From Sulfurovum sp. (GTDB lineage Bacteria; Campylobacterota; Campylobacteria; Campylobacterales; Sulfurovaceae), in the NCBI GenBank assembly GCA_020719895.1, contig DYPM01000002.1:1-36252 (forward strand): a DNA stretch of 36,252 nucleotides. Reading direction: 5' to 3'. Below are positions 24,580-33,923 of this stretch, one piece after another. Position numbers and translations under genes: made by a program. The notes under the pieces were generated by a model. It made no database searches. It was not told the origin of the DNA and saw nothing but the letters and a program-made list of their open reading frames with translations. Numbering within the stretch: position 1 is the stretch's first letter; each line of letters starts with the position of its first letter.

Positions 24580-27430
24580 ATCGTTTTAACACCTCATACA
24601 AATTTTTAATATTAATTGGTTTGCTAAGATAATCATCCATTCCAACATCAAGAAGACGTTCTCTGTCTCCCTCAAGAGCATTCGCAGTGAGTGCAATAAT
24701 TGGTATAGTGTTACCATTTTGTCGTATCTTTTGTGTCGCTTCGATACCATTCATAATCGGCATATTGATATCCATCAAAATTATATCAAACCCATCTTTG
24801 GCTTTGATGACTGCTTCTTCACCATTCTCTACAAATGTAGGAGTGATATGATACTTTTCAAGCAACTCTTCAAGTAAAATTTGATTGGTAATGTGATCTT
24901 CGGCGACCAAAATTTTGAGATCAAGATTTTCATCTTCTATCTCTTCGACTCCTTCTATTTTAATCATATGAAGATCTACGATTGCGTTATAGAGTTCTGA
25001 TGGACAAGATTGAAACTTATTAATATGATAGACATGAGGCGGGAAAGAGAGATCTGCTCCTTCTTGATGAATCAAAACAATTCGATACATTTTGTCTTTG
25101 TATTTTTCGATAATTTTTTTATCAAAAAGAATAAAAATAGAAGCAAAATGATTCTCTATTTGATTCTCTTCTATAAGATAATGCGTGACCTTAAACTGCT
25201 CAAGTTGTCTAATCACAAGTTCTACATCTGAAAATAGATGATTTACAACATAGATAGGTTGTGTCTCTAACTTGCCAATAGGCAAATATTTTTCATTGAC
25301 ACACACTGAAAGTGGCAAATCAAAATAAAAATAACTTCCCTTTCCTTCTTTACTCTCAAGATGTAATCTTCCTCCCAAAATCTCTACCAAAGAGGCACTA
25401 ATACTCAATCCCAAACCTGTACCGCCATATTGACGTGTGGTTGAAGTATCTGCTTGGGAAAACACCTCAAACACTTTTTTTTGTTTCTCTTTTGGGATTC
25501 CAATTCCTGTATCTTTCACTCCAAAACGTACTATTTGAATCTCTTCTTTTGACTGCGTCTCTAAAGGTGCAATAGACACTTCAATCTCTCCGCCTCCATT
25601 CGTAAATTTCACTGCATTACCTATAAGATTATAAAGAATTTGTGTCAAACGGAGTTTATCTGCAATCAAACACTCTGCAAGCTTAGAATGAATCATTATT
25701 GTATAAAAAATATTTTTTTCATCGGTTGCGACTTGAAATAACTGAAGTGCTTCCCTAAAATCAATAAAAGGATTTATCGGATGAAAATCAGGTTGAAGTT
25801 TGCCACTTTGAATTTTTGAAAAATCCAAAATATCATTAATAATATTAAGCAAATTAGCAACAGAAGAGCTAATAATCGTCACATATTTACTCTGACGTTG
25901 ATCAAGCGTTGTCTTACTTAACAGTTCGGTAAATCCTGTAATTCCATTGAGAGGCGTACGAAGCTCATGGCTCATATTTGCCATAAACTCTGATTTTGAT
26001 CTTACTGCTAACTCTGCTAACTCTCTTGCGTGTTCAATCTCCGTAATATCTGTAAGTGTAGAGACATAAGAGATTTTATCTTCGAGAGCAACCTCTTTGA
26101 CCATCACAGAGTAGATACGCTCTTCGCCTTCTTTGTTGTGCATTAATGTTTTATGAAGAATTTGAGGATTATTTAAAACAATTTGTGTCCACTCTCCTTT
26201 GATATGATGCGAAAAAAGATAGCCCTCTTTTTCAATAAAAAGTTCACAAATACAGTTGTGTTGTTTCTTGAAATCCTCAAAGTTTTCAAATGGAAATGTA
26301 TCGTAAAATTTTTGATTAAAACTCACTACTCCATCTTGGACGTTGCTCATCACTAAAATACTTTGTTGATTGTCTGTGATGATTTGATTGAGTTTACGTG
26401 TAACATCAAGAGCTTTTTGAGAAAGGACACGCTGTGTGATATCAGTATATATGGAAGCATATCCTATTTTTCTTTTGGTGCTATCAAAAACAGGAAAAAT
26501 AGTCGTATGAACATAATATGAAGTACCATCTTTAGAGCGGTTTTGGATATCTCCACTCCACACTTTATCGGCTTTGATAGTCTCCCAAATCGTTTTATAG
26601 ACGATGTTTGACTCTTCTGGATGACGTAGGATATTGTGTTTTTTTTCTAAAAGCTCCTCTTTTGTGTATCCACTCAATCGACAAAACTCTTTACTTACAT
26701 AAGTGATCACGCCTCTTAGATCTGTTCTTGAGATGATTGCATACTCATTGAGTAAGTCATAAAGAGTACTCGCCTCAGATTCAAACTCATGTGCAATATA
26801 AGATAACGCTTTTTCTAGTTCTTGCACTACTCCTAAGAGATAATAAAGAATCAATGCCGAAACCAAAAGAATAAAAATCACCAAAAAATAACGTAACTGA
26901 TCATTGGCATTAAGCTCAAAATCAATTGGCACAATTGCCTCTATTACCTCCGTATTATGAGAAGCATAGTTAAGCACAGAGACACGTAATACGTTATGTT
27001 CATTGATATGCTCATATCGCACATCGATACCTTCTTGAGAAAGTTTGAGTTCGTTAAGATATTCACGCTGTTGAAGACTCAATGAATTTTTGGAATCATT
27101 AGAGAAAATATCACGATAAATATGATAAGTCACACCACTATTTTGATTAAAAATCTTGATTAAATCATCGATAAACACCTCAGAAGAAGGCAATTTCGAT
27201 TGCTGTTTAGAGGGATTTTTAGAGGTATCTTCTATGATCTTATTTTTATAAAAATCTTGAATCTGTTGTAGTTGTTTGATATTGTTTTTGATATGAATCG
27301 CAATGGATTGCTCTGTAAAGTGTTTTGTGATGTATGGCAAAATAAAAAAGATGCTCAACACCAACAACATCGCACCCACAACAATAGATTTTACAATTTC
27401 GCTACGTTTATATTTAGGAATCTCTTTCAT
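24557..27430 (-). CDS. Membrane-bound PAS-domain hybrid sensor histidine kinase
   Basis: Two TM segments around a periplasmic domain; PAS (TDLRGVITYV...HNILRHP...W); H-box MSHELRTPLNG; N-box NLIGNAVKFT; DTGIGI; GGTGLGL; C-terminal REC VAED/ILMDINMP/YLSKP; start reassigned to ATG 27430. Confidence 0.92.
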   Translation of the reverse strand: MKEIPKYKRSEIVKSIVVGAMLLVLSIFFILPYITKHFTEQSIAIHIKNNIKQLQQIQDFYKNKIIEDTSKNPSKQQSKLPSSEVFIDDLIKIFNQNSGVTYHIYRDIFSNDSKNSLSLQQREYLNELKLSQEGIDVRYEHINEHNVLRVSVLNYASHNTEVIEAIVPIDFELNANDQLRYFLVIFILLVSALILYYLLGVVQELEKALSYIAHEFESEASTLYDLLNEYAIISRTDLRGVITYVSKEFCRLSGYTKEELLEKKHNILRHPEESNIVYKTIWETIKADKVWSGDIQNRSKDGTSYYVHTTIFPVFDSTKRKIGYASIYTDITQRVLSQKALDVTRKLNQIITDNQQSILVMSNVQDGVVSFNQKFYDTFPFENFEDFKKQHNCICELFIEKEGYLFSHHIKGEWTQIVLNNPQILHKTLMHNKEGEERIYSVMVKEVALEDKISYVSTLTDITEIEHARELAELAVRSKSEFMANMSHELRTPLNGITGFTELLSKTTLDQRQSKYVTIISSSVANLLNIINDILDFSKIQSGKLQPDFHPINPFIDFREALQLFQVATDEKNIFYTIMIHSKLAECLIADKLRLTQILYNLIGNAVKFTNGGGEIEVSIAPLETQSKEEIQIVRFGVKDTGIGIPKEKQKKVFEVFSQADTSTTRQYGGTGLGLSISASLVEILGGRLHLESKEGKGSYFYFDLPLSVCVNEKYLPIGKLETQPIYVVNHLFSDVELVIRQLEQFKVTHYLIEENQIENHFASIFILFDKKIIEKYKDKMYRIVLIHQEGADLSFPPHVYHINKFQSCPSELYNAIVDLHMIKIEGVEEIEDENLDLKILVAEDHITNQILLEELLEKYHITPTFVENGEEAVIKAKDGFDIILMDINMPIMNGIEATQKIRQNGNTIPIIALTANALEGDRERLLDVGMDDYLSKPINIKNLYEVLKRYAKNKRK

Positions 27431-27446
27431 GAATTTGATTATATCA
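27431..27446 (-). promoter_or_regulatory. Consensus extended -10 promoter positioned for a leaderless kinase mRNA
   Basis: Minus strand TGaTATAAT-caaattc-ATG; TATAAT at 27438-27443, 7 nt before ATG 27430, no RBS. Confidence 0.6.
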
Positions 27447-27527
27447 CAACTGTTTCTTGGATTAAGGTACAACTAAAGAAACATCTGTAATTATGACACT
27501 ATCTACAACTTTAAAAGGAAAAATTCA

Positions 27528-27851
27528 ATGGGAATTCACACCACTCACAAAAATGATTACACAATAGTACAGGTTGCCATAGAGAGATTTGATGTGGTAA
27601 ATATGCAAGAGGCAAAAGATGCTTTTGAATCCATATTGCAACAAAACTCTAAGATAGTGATTGATATGTCAAAAGTGATTTTTATAGACAGTTCTGGTCT
27701 GAGTGTTCTTATTGGTGTCCTCAAAAGACTCAAAACCAAAGAAGATAGTATGCTTAAACTTTGTGGTCTCAACACTCAAGCCATTGAACTCATGGAGATT
27801 ACACAACTAAATCGAATTTTTGATATTGTGGACAGTTGCGACGGAATCTAA
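27528..27851 (+). CDS. STAS-domain anti-anti-sigma factor-like protein (RsbV/SpoIIAA family)
   Basis: IVIDMSKVIFIDSSGLSVL with phospho-acceptor Ser motif DSSG; MEITQLNRIF; 107 aa; RBS AAAGGA. Confidence 0.92.
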   Translation: MGIHTTHKNDYTIVQVAIERFDVVNMQEAKDAFESILQQNSKIVIDMSKVIFIDSSGLSVLIGVLKRLKTKEDSMLKLCGLNTQAIELMEITQLNRIFDIVDSCDGI

Positions 27852-27852
27852 C

Positions 27853-28248
27853 GTGTATACCCAAACGATTATACTTCAAACCAAAATTGAAGAGTTACCC
27901 AAACTCTATGATTGGCTAAATGAACAACTACAAAATAAAGTGGATGAAAAGATCAAAGCTCGCATTTTATTGGTCGCACAAGAGCTTGCCACAAATTCAA
28001 TGATTCACGGCAATGCAATGGATGCTCAAAAAGAGGTAAAGATAGAAGTAGTTTATTTTGATAGTGAAATCAAACTCATTATTACAGATCAAGGCTCAAA
28101 TGATTATTCACTGCCTTCTCTTGAAGAGTCTTTGCAAATGGATATTCTTGAAGAGGGTGGAAGAGGCTTGAAGTTAGCAATGCGTTTGGCAAAAGAGATC
28201 AAAAAAGAAAAGAGTTCTTTACATATCACATTTGAAATATCTGATTAA
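27853..28248 (+). CDS. RsbW/SpoIIAB-like anti-sigma factor Ser kinase (GHKL ATPase)
   Basis: N-box QELATNSMIHGN, G1 ITDQG, G2 EGGRGL; probable GTG start at 27853 right after the STAS stop. Confidence 0.88.
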   Translation: MYTQTIILQTKIEELPKLYDWLNEQLQNKVDEKIKARILLVAQELATNSMIHGNAMDAQKEVKIEVVYFDSEIKLIITDQGSNDYSLPSLEESLQMDILEEGGRGLKLAMRLAKEIKKEKSSLHITFEISD

Positions 28249-28343
28249 ATAGATTGTCTCACAACGTTTGCAATGACAAATCCAGTCATTGCGAGGCTTT
28301 GCAAAAGCCGAAGCAATCCAAAATTTAGTTTTTAGAGATGACC
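28249..28343. repeat. REP/MITE-like element, copy 5
   Basis: GCAATGAC-aaatcca-GTCATTGC palindrome, GGCTTT-gca-AAAGCC hairpin, GAAGCAATCC, right end AGTTTTTAGAGATGACC; 28249-28283 is 31/35 identical to 36218-36252. Confidence 0.8.
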
Positions 28344-28400
28344 TAATATTTATTCAGAGATCTTAATTATTCAAATATTTTTTATAAAAAGGAAATAAAA

Positions 28401-29579
28401 ATGAAAGCAGTTATTTTAGCAGGCGGAAAAGGAACACGAGTAAGACCTCTCACTTATATGTTGCCAAAACCAATGGTTCCAATTGTCGAGAGACCTATTA
28501 TGAGTTATCTTTTAGATCTTTTAAAACTTCACGGATTTAACGAAGTGGTCGTAACGGTAGGTTATATGGCAACCACAATCGAAGATCACTACAAATGTGG
28601 TGCGGATTATGGAATGCAAATCGCTTACTCTCTTGAAGGCAAACTTGAAAAAGGCGAAATTGTTCCTATAGGACTTGGTTCGGCGGGTGGACTAAGAAAA
28701 GTACAAGAGTATGCAGGGTTTTTTGATGAACCATTTTTGGTCATCTGCGGAGATGCGATTATAGATCTTGATTTGACTGTCGCGATGGAGTATCACAAAA
28801 ACAATCAAGCAATAGCAACCGTGATTTGCAAAGAGGTTCCTAAAGAAGAAGTATATAAGTATGGTGTTGTAGTCACTGATGAAAATAACCATGTACTTAG
28901 TTTTCAAGAAAAACCAAAAGTTGAAGAGGCAAAAAGCAATATTATCAACACAGGGATTTATATTTTTGATCCCAAAGTGTTTGATTATATTCCAAATGAC
29001 AAAGCTTATGATATTGGTGGCGAATTGCTTCCGTCATTGGTTCAAAATAAATTGCCGTTTTATGCGTTTGCTCCAGAATTTCAATGGGTCGATGTAGGTT
29101 CTACAAAAGATTTTTATGTGGCTAACACAATGCTTATTGATCAGCAAATCAACGGCATCAAACCATACGGAAAAGAGATCAAACCAAATATATGGATAGG
29201 AATCAACTGCGATATCAATTTTGATGAAGTAGAAATACAAGCACCTGTATATATTGGAAGTAGCGTACGCATCGAAAAAGGAGCAAAAATCATTGGTCCT
29301 ACAATGATTGGTTCGGGTTCTATTATCAAAGAAAAAGCCACTCTCAACAAAAGCATTGTATTAAGCTACACCAAAGTCAATAGCTATGCGACTATTTCAG
29401 AAAAAATTATTGCAGGTAAATATATTATCAATCCATTTGGTGAACATATCGATATCGAAGAGTCTGATATTAACTTTTTAGTCGATGATGCAAGAAAAGA
29501 CGAAGTAGCTCTCTCTGAAGAACAAAAAGAGATTATGGAGATGATTAAAAATATCGGGGATATTCAAATCAATCGATGA
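28401..29579 (+). CDS. NDP-sugar pyrophosphorylase, resembling cyanobacterial CugP-type UDP-glucose pyrophosphorylase (usually auto-annotated as mannose-1-phosphate guanylyltransferase)
   Basis: ILAGGKGTRVRPLT..LPKPM, IAYSLEG insertion, LGSAGGL, CGDAIIDLDL, YGVVVTD, FQEKP, NTGIYIF, left-handed beta-helix C-domain. Confidence 0.8.
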   Translation: MKAVILAGGKGTRVRPLTYMLPKPMVPIVERPIMSYLLDLLKLHGFNEVVVTVGYMATTIEDHYKCGADYGMQIAYSLEGKLEKGEIVPIGLGSAGGLRKVQEYAGFFDEPFLVICGDAIIDLDLTVAMEYHKNNQAIATVICKEVPKEEVYKYGVVVTDENNHVLSFQEKPKVEEAKSNIINTGIYIFDPKVFDYIPNDKAYDIGGELLPSLVQNKLPFYAFAPEFQWVDVGSTKDFYVANTMLIDQQINGIKPYGKEIKPNIWIGINCDINFDEVEIQAPVYIGSSVRIEKGAKIIGPTMIGSGSIIKEKATLNKSIVLSYTKVNSYATISEKIIAGKYIINPFGEHIDIEESDINFLVDDARKDEVALSEEQKEIMEMIKNIGDIQINR

Positions 29580-29584
29580 TTCAC

Positions 29585-29611
29585 TTTCCCACTTTTTGGA
29601 AAAGTGGGAAA
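29585..29611. terminator. Hairpin between convergent genes, probable bidirectional terminator
   Basis: Perfect inverted repeat TTTCCCACTTTT-tgg-AAAAGTGGGAAA between stops at 29579 and 29614. Confidence 0.75.
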
Positions 29612-29613
29612 AT

Positions 29614-30825
29614 CTATCTTGGAATAATGCTATACGCTACTTGATACTTCACCATTAACCACAAAAATGCAAATGCTAATGTGTGTCCAACTGTATTTAT
29701 CAAGATATTTTCATGACCTCCAAAGAGAGGAATATTGAACATCACAAGACAAACATAAACATGCAAAATAAAAACATAAAGTGATGCTTGACCAATCGGA
29801 ATAAAAAACCAACCCAACGTTCTATTGAGTGGTTTCCAAAAATAAGAAAGCATCGCATAAGAGACTGTAAGCATCACAAAATCATTTGCCAATCTTCCAA
29901 TACCTAATGTATTTTTATCAAAAAAATGACTATGAAGATAATGAAAAGTGTCAGGTTTGATAAAATGAAGTTTCATATAATCAGGAAACATTGGAATAGG
30001 ATTATTATAAGTAAGAAAAAGAAAAAAGAAAAATAATACCAATATCAAACGAAAAAAATAAATTCCAAATCGACTATGGAAAAAATTCCATATCTCATCA
30101 CGATAATAACCAATTGTCAATCCATGCACAAAAAGAATCTGCCATGTCAAAACAGGAAACGCATATTCAAACTGTGCACCAGTGAGAATCGTGTGATATC
30201 CGTTATTATAAAAATAGAGAATCCAACTAAGAGAGAGTATAACCTTCGCCTTTTTTTTGCTCAACAACCAAAGCACAAAAGGAGAGACAAAAAGCAAAAT
30301 CACATAAAGACCCAAAATCTGAAACTGATGAGGTCCATAACGAAGCATCAAAAATTTTGCCATAATGACATTATGAAACTCTGCAAACTTAGAAATATCA
30401 GGATAGAGATTGAAAACTTTGCCACCATAAGTTGTAAATGTCATCACTGCGTGAGCATCAATAAAAACATTAATCGCCAATACAGAAAAAATCACAACAA
30501 GACTTGTACGATACAGCAAAAATGCACGACCAAACTGCTTCTCGACTGTTGGAGCAAATCCATCATGTTCCATTCGCATTCTTGAGAGAATTCCCAAAAT
30601 TACACCAGAAAGCATTACAAATCCCTCCGCCCCAGTAACAACGCCAATACGCTCCCACGAAATATAACTATAAATAGAAAGCATATCGACATGTACTGCT
30701 ACCAAAATCAGCATTACAAATCCGCGGATAAAATCCACTCTCAAGTCTCTTTTGCCATGCTCTTCATAGTGCCATTTTGTAAAAATATTTGCCATCGCAA
30801 CAGGCGGTGTGTGTTTAGATTCCAT
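29614..30825 (-). CDS. OpgC-domain membrane protein (periplasmic glucan acyl/succinyl-transferase-like)
   Basis: RDLRVDFIRG, GAEGFVMLSG, ILGLYV, WQILF, DKNTLGIGRL, IGQASLYVFILH; about 10 TM segments. Confidence 0.8.
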   Translation of the reverse strand: MESKHTPPVAMANIFTKWHYEEHGKRDLRVDFIRGFVMLILVAVHVDMLSIYSYISWERIGVVTGAEGFVMLSGVILGILSRMRMEHDGFAPTVEKQFGRAFLLYRTSLVVIFSVLAINVFIDAHAVMTFTTYGGKVFNLYPDISKFAEFHNVIMAKFLMLRYGPHQFQILGLYVILLFVSPFVLWLLSKKKAKVILSLSWILYFYNNGYHTILTGAQFEYAFPVLTWQILFVHGLTIGYYRDEIWNFFHSRFGIYFFRLILVLFFFFLFLTYNNPIPMFPDYMKLHFIKPDTFHYLHSHFFDKNTLGIGRLANDFVMLTVSYAMLSYFWKPLNRTLGWFFIPIGQASLYVFILHVYVCLVMFNIPLFGGHENILINTVGHTLAFAFLWLMVKYQVAYSIIPR

Positions 30826-30836
30826 ACAAACTCTCC

Positions 30837-32159
30837 TTATTTATCAGTGATCATTTTTAAAAGAGGTCCATTCTTTTTATACCAAAGAGACTCCAAGACA
30901 ATTGCATTGGTATTGCAAGTGATTGATTTATTAGGCTTATTGCCCTGCTCATAAACTCCTGCGTACCATCCTTTTTCTGTTTGAAGTGGCTTAATAGCAT
31001 CGATAAGCTTTTGAGTGTAGTCGCTTTGATAAAGAGCATCCATCGCAAAAATGGCTTTGGTGCTAAGCTGTTTGAATTCGTTGTGTGGTTTTCCTGTGTC
31101 ATCGATCGCTTGCCATTTTTTGTCATTGACATAGATGGTATTGTAGATAAAGTATGGAGCTTGATCAATATGATCTTCTGTCATAGCAGTCAAAATATTG
31201 GTCTCTTGATAACGACGACGTTGCACTTCATAGAGTCGATAACAAAACTCTCTTGAGAAATAATCCCACCCAAACTCAATACCATCAAGCATATAAGGCT
31301 CCATCAATACATAGTTGTTGGCGTTGGTTCGTTTGAGATTTCGTGTATCATACGGCACGGCAATACCATAAATATCAGTAAAAGCAAGAAACTTGTCATA
31401 GCGAATCGCATTGGTGATGTCAATCCCAAAAGTAGCAAACATCTTTGCAGTATACTGCTCATATCCCAAACGTCCCTCTTGGCGAAGCCCAATGACACCT
31501 TTTTCATCAGGTGTCATTCCGTACAACACTCCTTCTTTGGTCATCATTTTAAGATTCCATTTACTCACCACTGCTTTTGCATCTTTTGCAAATTTTGGAT
31601 CATAAAAGTTGAGATACGCCAAAGGAATCAAAATCCGACCAATATCAATCGCCGACCAACCTACTCCGTCTTTGCTCTCATTGTTTGCGTAGTCTGTCAT
31701 TTTGAGTGTGATTGTATTGTAGACTTTATTGGGAAGCATTCCTTTATAAAGCGTAAGAGTGCTAATGGTTTGGAGTGCTTTAGCCATCCTTTTTTCATAC
31801 GTCACACTATCAATCACCTTAAGCTGGTGTGCTGCAATCAGTCCCATAAGATAGTTTCCAGTATCCCAAAGCGTGGTCGATGGATAATCTTGTACTGAAT
31901 TTACAAGTCCTGTTTGTTCTTGATAGTTGTTTTCAAAATATCGCCATGCCGTTTTTGCTGCATCCAACTCTTGAGGTAAAAGTTCACGTGTGGTGATATT
32001 GATTTCTGGTGCTATCGTGTCTTGCATTACAATGACTCCTGTCCCTTGTTTGCGTAAATCAATCGTATTAAGAAAGTAGATAAGCACACTACCAAACACC
32101 AACGCTGCTAAAAATACGATGTGATGTCTTGCGCGATGTAAATTTTGATATTTTTCCAT
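30837..32159 (-). CDS. DUF3131-family membrane-anchored periplasmic protein (glycoside hydrolase/transglycosylase-like)
   Basis: Single N-terminal TM; AWRYFENN, TGLVNSV, TTLWDTG, LPNKVYNT, GWSAIDIGR, EGRLGYEQY, EDHIDQAPYF, TNAIVLESL. Confidence 0.75.
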   Translation of the reverse strand: MEKYQNLHRARHHIVFLAALVFGSVLIYFLNTIDLRKQGTGVIVMQDTIAPEINITTRELLPQELDAAKTAWRYFENNYQEQTGLVNSVQDYPSTTLWDTGNYLMGLIAAHQLKVIDSVTYEKRMAKALQTISTLTLYKGMLPNKVYNTITLKMTDYANNESKDGVGWSAIDIGRILIPLAYLNFYDPKFAKDAKAVVSKWNLKMMTKEGVLYGMTPDEKGVIGLRQEGRLGYEQYTAKMFATFGIDITNAIRYDKFLAFTDIYGIAVPYDTRNLKRTNANNYVLMEPYMLDGIEFGWDYFSREFCYRLYEVQRRRYQETNILTAMTEDHIDQAPYFIYNTIYVNDKKWQAIDDTGKPHNEFKQLSTKAIFAMDALYQSDYTQKLIDAIKPLQTEKGWYAGVYEQGNKPNKSITCNTNAIVLESLWYKKNGPLLKMITDK

Positions 32160-32162
32160 GGT

Positions 32163-33923
32163 TTACCCTTTATGTTTATAGAGTGCGGCTTGTACAATAG
32201 CCCAAAGTGAGATCATATTAAAAAATGACCAAAGCAAGTTTACACTATATCCTGTCCAGTAGATACGATCTCCAAACACCTGCATCGCAGTAGCATAAAG
32301 TATCGCAACAAGATAGAGTGCAATGAGTCCAATTTGTATTTTAACCAAAGACAAAAAATTCCCTGTAGCAGCTGTTTTGCTCGTCACAACAAAACGAATT
32401 GGCTTTTTACGGGCTACATCCCAAAACGCCTTAAGCACAATAGGAAAAATCGCAATAAAAAATTGTCCTCCACGATTGGAATTAATACCCCACGAAGCGA
32501 CCATCAATGCTGATTGATTGAAAAACAAAAACGGAATAAGATGAATAAAAAAATCCATTGAGTAGCTCTGTACAGGTGCAATATCCGTAAACATATACAC
32601 AATCGGAGAAAAAAGCAAAATCGTCAACCAAATCGCTCCCGTATAAGACCAAAATGTAGAAAAATACATCATCTTTTGCCCAACACTAAGCCCTGATCTA
32701 AAAAACCGACCAAACTCTTTACGCACAAGATCAATCGTTCCACCTGCATATCGAAACCGTTGTGTTGCCCATGTTCCCAAATCCAATGGCGAAAGCATTT
32801 TAGACTCGACATTTGGATGAAGTACTGACTTATACTTTTTTGGTGCGTGTGCGTGTACCAACATCGAAGTGTAAATATCCTCCGAAGTGTGGTAGCAGAT
32901 ATACTCTACTTCTATATCGCGAATCGCCTCATCTTTATTGTCGCTCTCAAGCACTCGCTCTGCCCAGCGTCGCAATGCGACTCTTCTTAATGCACTCACT
33001 CTATGGATAGAAGTAGCACCACAACAAAACGAAGCGTTATAGTTGTTTCTTCGCCTTTGAATCACATCAAAAAACATTGCAGGATCATTAGCAAACACAT
33101 CTTTGCCTACGACTGTTTTGCCAAAGAGTTTTTGAAATATCATTGCACCTTTTTCACCTACATTTCCAAGTCGCTTTTTCCATGATACTTCAAGTGGCAC
33201 ACCTTCGGTAAGATCACAAAACCACTGCGGTGTCTGCACCCACGCTACACTATCATCTCTAAAATATCCCAATGTATTGAGCAAAATATCTTCAAACAAT
33301 CTCGTATCAGAGTCGATAATGACGATAAAATCTCCACGTGTTTGATCTATCGCATTTGTAATCGCTCCTGCTTTTCGTCCTCGCGTATTGTCTCTAAGAA
33401 CTTGCGGAACGCCTTCTTCTTGTGCCATTTGAGTCATTTGTGGATTTTTGCTGTCATCAAGAAGATAAAAACGAAGTTTCCATGTGGGAAGAGTTTTGAC
33501 CTTTTTAGCTGCCAAAATCGTTTCGCGTACCAACTGCGGATCTTCATTAAATACAGGGATATAGATATCAATCTTGATCTCTCTGTCTTTGTATTTTTCA
33601 CCAAGCTGCGACTCTACTATTTCATCAAATAGTGCTGGAGCTATTTGTTTGGGAGTGTCTTTGATACGCCAAAAGTTAGCAACAACCAAAATCGTACCAA
33701 TAAACATCATCGTCTCTGCAAATGCCAACGGAATCGCAAACCATAACGCTTCAAAATTCAAAGATGCAGTCCAACGATAATGAAGATACCACACTCCAAG
33801 CATTAAGGTCACAACTCCCAAAAACTGAAAGAGGAGTTGCGTATTTTCTGATTGTACTTGCGGTGGCTCAGGAACGCGATTGTCATAGCGAGAATCCAAA
33901 AAGTAGAGCGTATCGTTATCCAT
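32163..33923 (-). CDS. Processive cellulose-synthase-like family 2 glycosyltransferase
   Basis: DIYIPVFNE, LLDD, KAG, DSD, VQTPQ, FCCG, TSED, QRFRY (QxxRW variant); 2 N-terminal and several C-terminal TM helices. Confidence 0.88.
   Translation of the reverse strand: MDNDTLYFLDSRYDNRVPEPPQVQSENTQLLFQFLGVVTLMLGVWYLHYRWTASLNFEALWFAIPLAFAETMMFIGTILVVANFWRIKDTPKQIAPALFDEIVESQLGEKYKDREIKIDIYIPVFNEDPQLVRETILAAKKVKTLPTWKLRFYLLDDSKNPQMTQMAQEEGVPQVLRDNTRGRKAGAITNAIDQTRGDFIVIIDSDTRLFEDILLNTLGYFRDDSVAWVQTPQWFCDLTEGVPLEVSWKKRLGNVGEKGAMIFQKLFGKTVVGKDVFANDPAMFFDVIQRRRNNYNASFCCGATSIHRVSALRRVALRRWAERVLESDNKDEAIRDIEVEYICYHTSEDIYTSMLVHAHAPKKYKSVLHPNVESKMLSPLDLGTWATQRFRYAGGTIDLVRKEFGRFFRSGLSVGQKMMYFSTFWSYTGAIWLTILLFSPIVYMFTDIAPVQSYSMDFFIHLIPFLFFNQSALMVASWGINSNRGGQFFIAIFPIVLKAFWDVARKKPIRFVVTSKTAATGNFLSLVKIQIGLIALYLVAILYATAMQVFGDRIYWTGYSVNLLWSFFNMISLWAIVQAALYKHKG

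Noticed and set aside
30076-30585. 169-aa + strand Lys/His/Asn-rich ORF
   Set aside because: Antisense to the hydrophobic OpgC-like gene; composition is the expected mirror of T-rich TM codons
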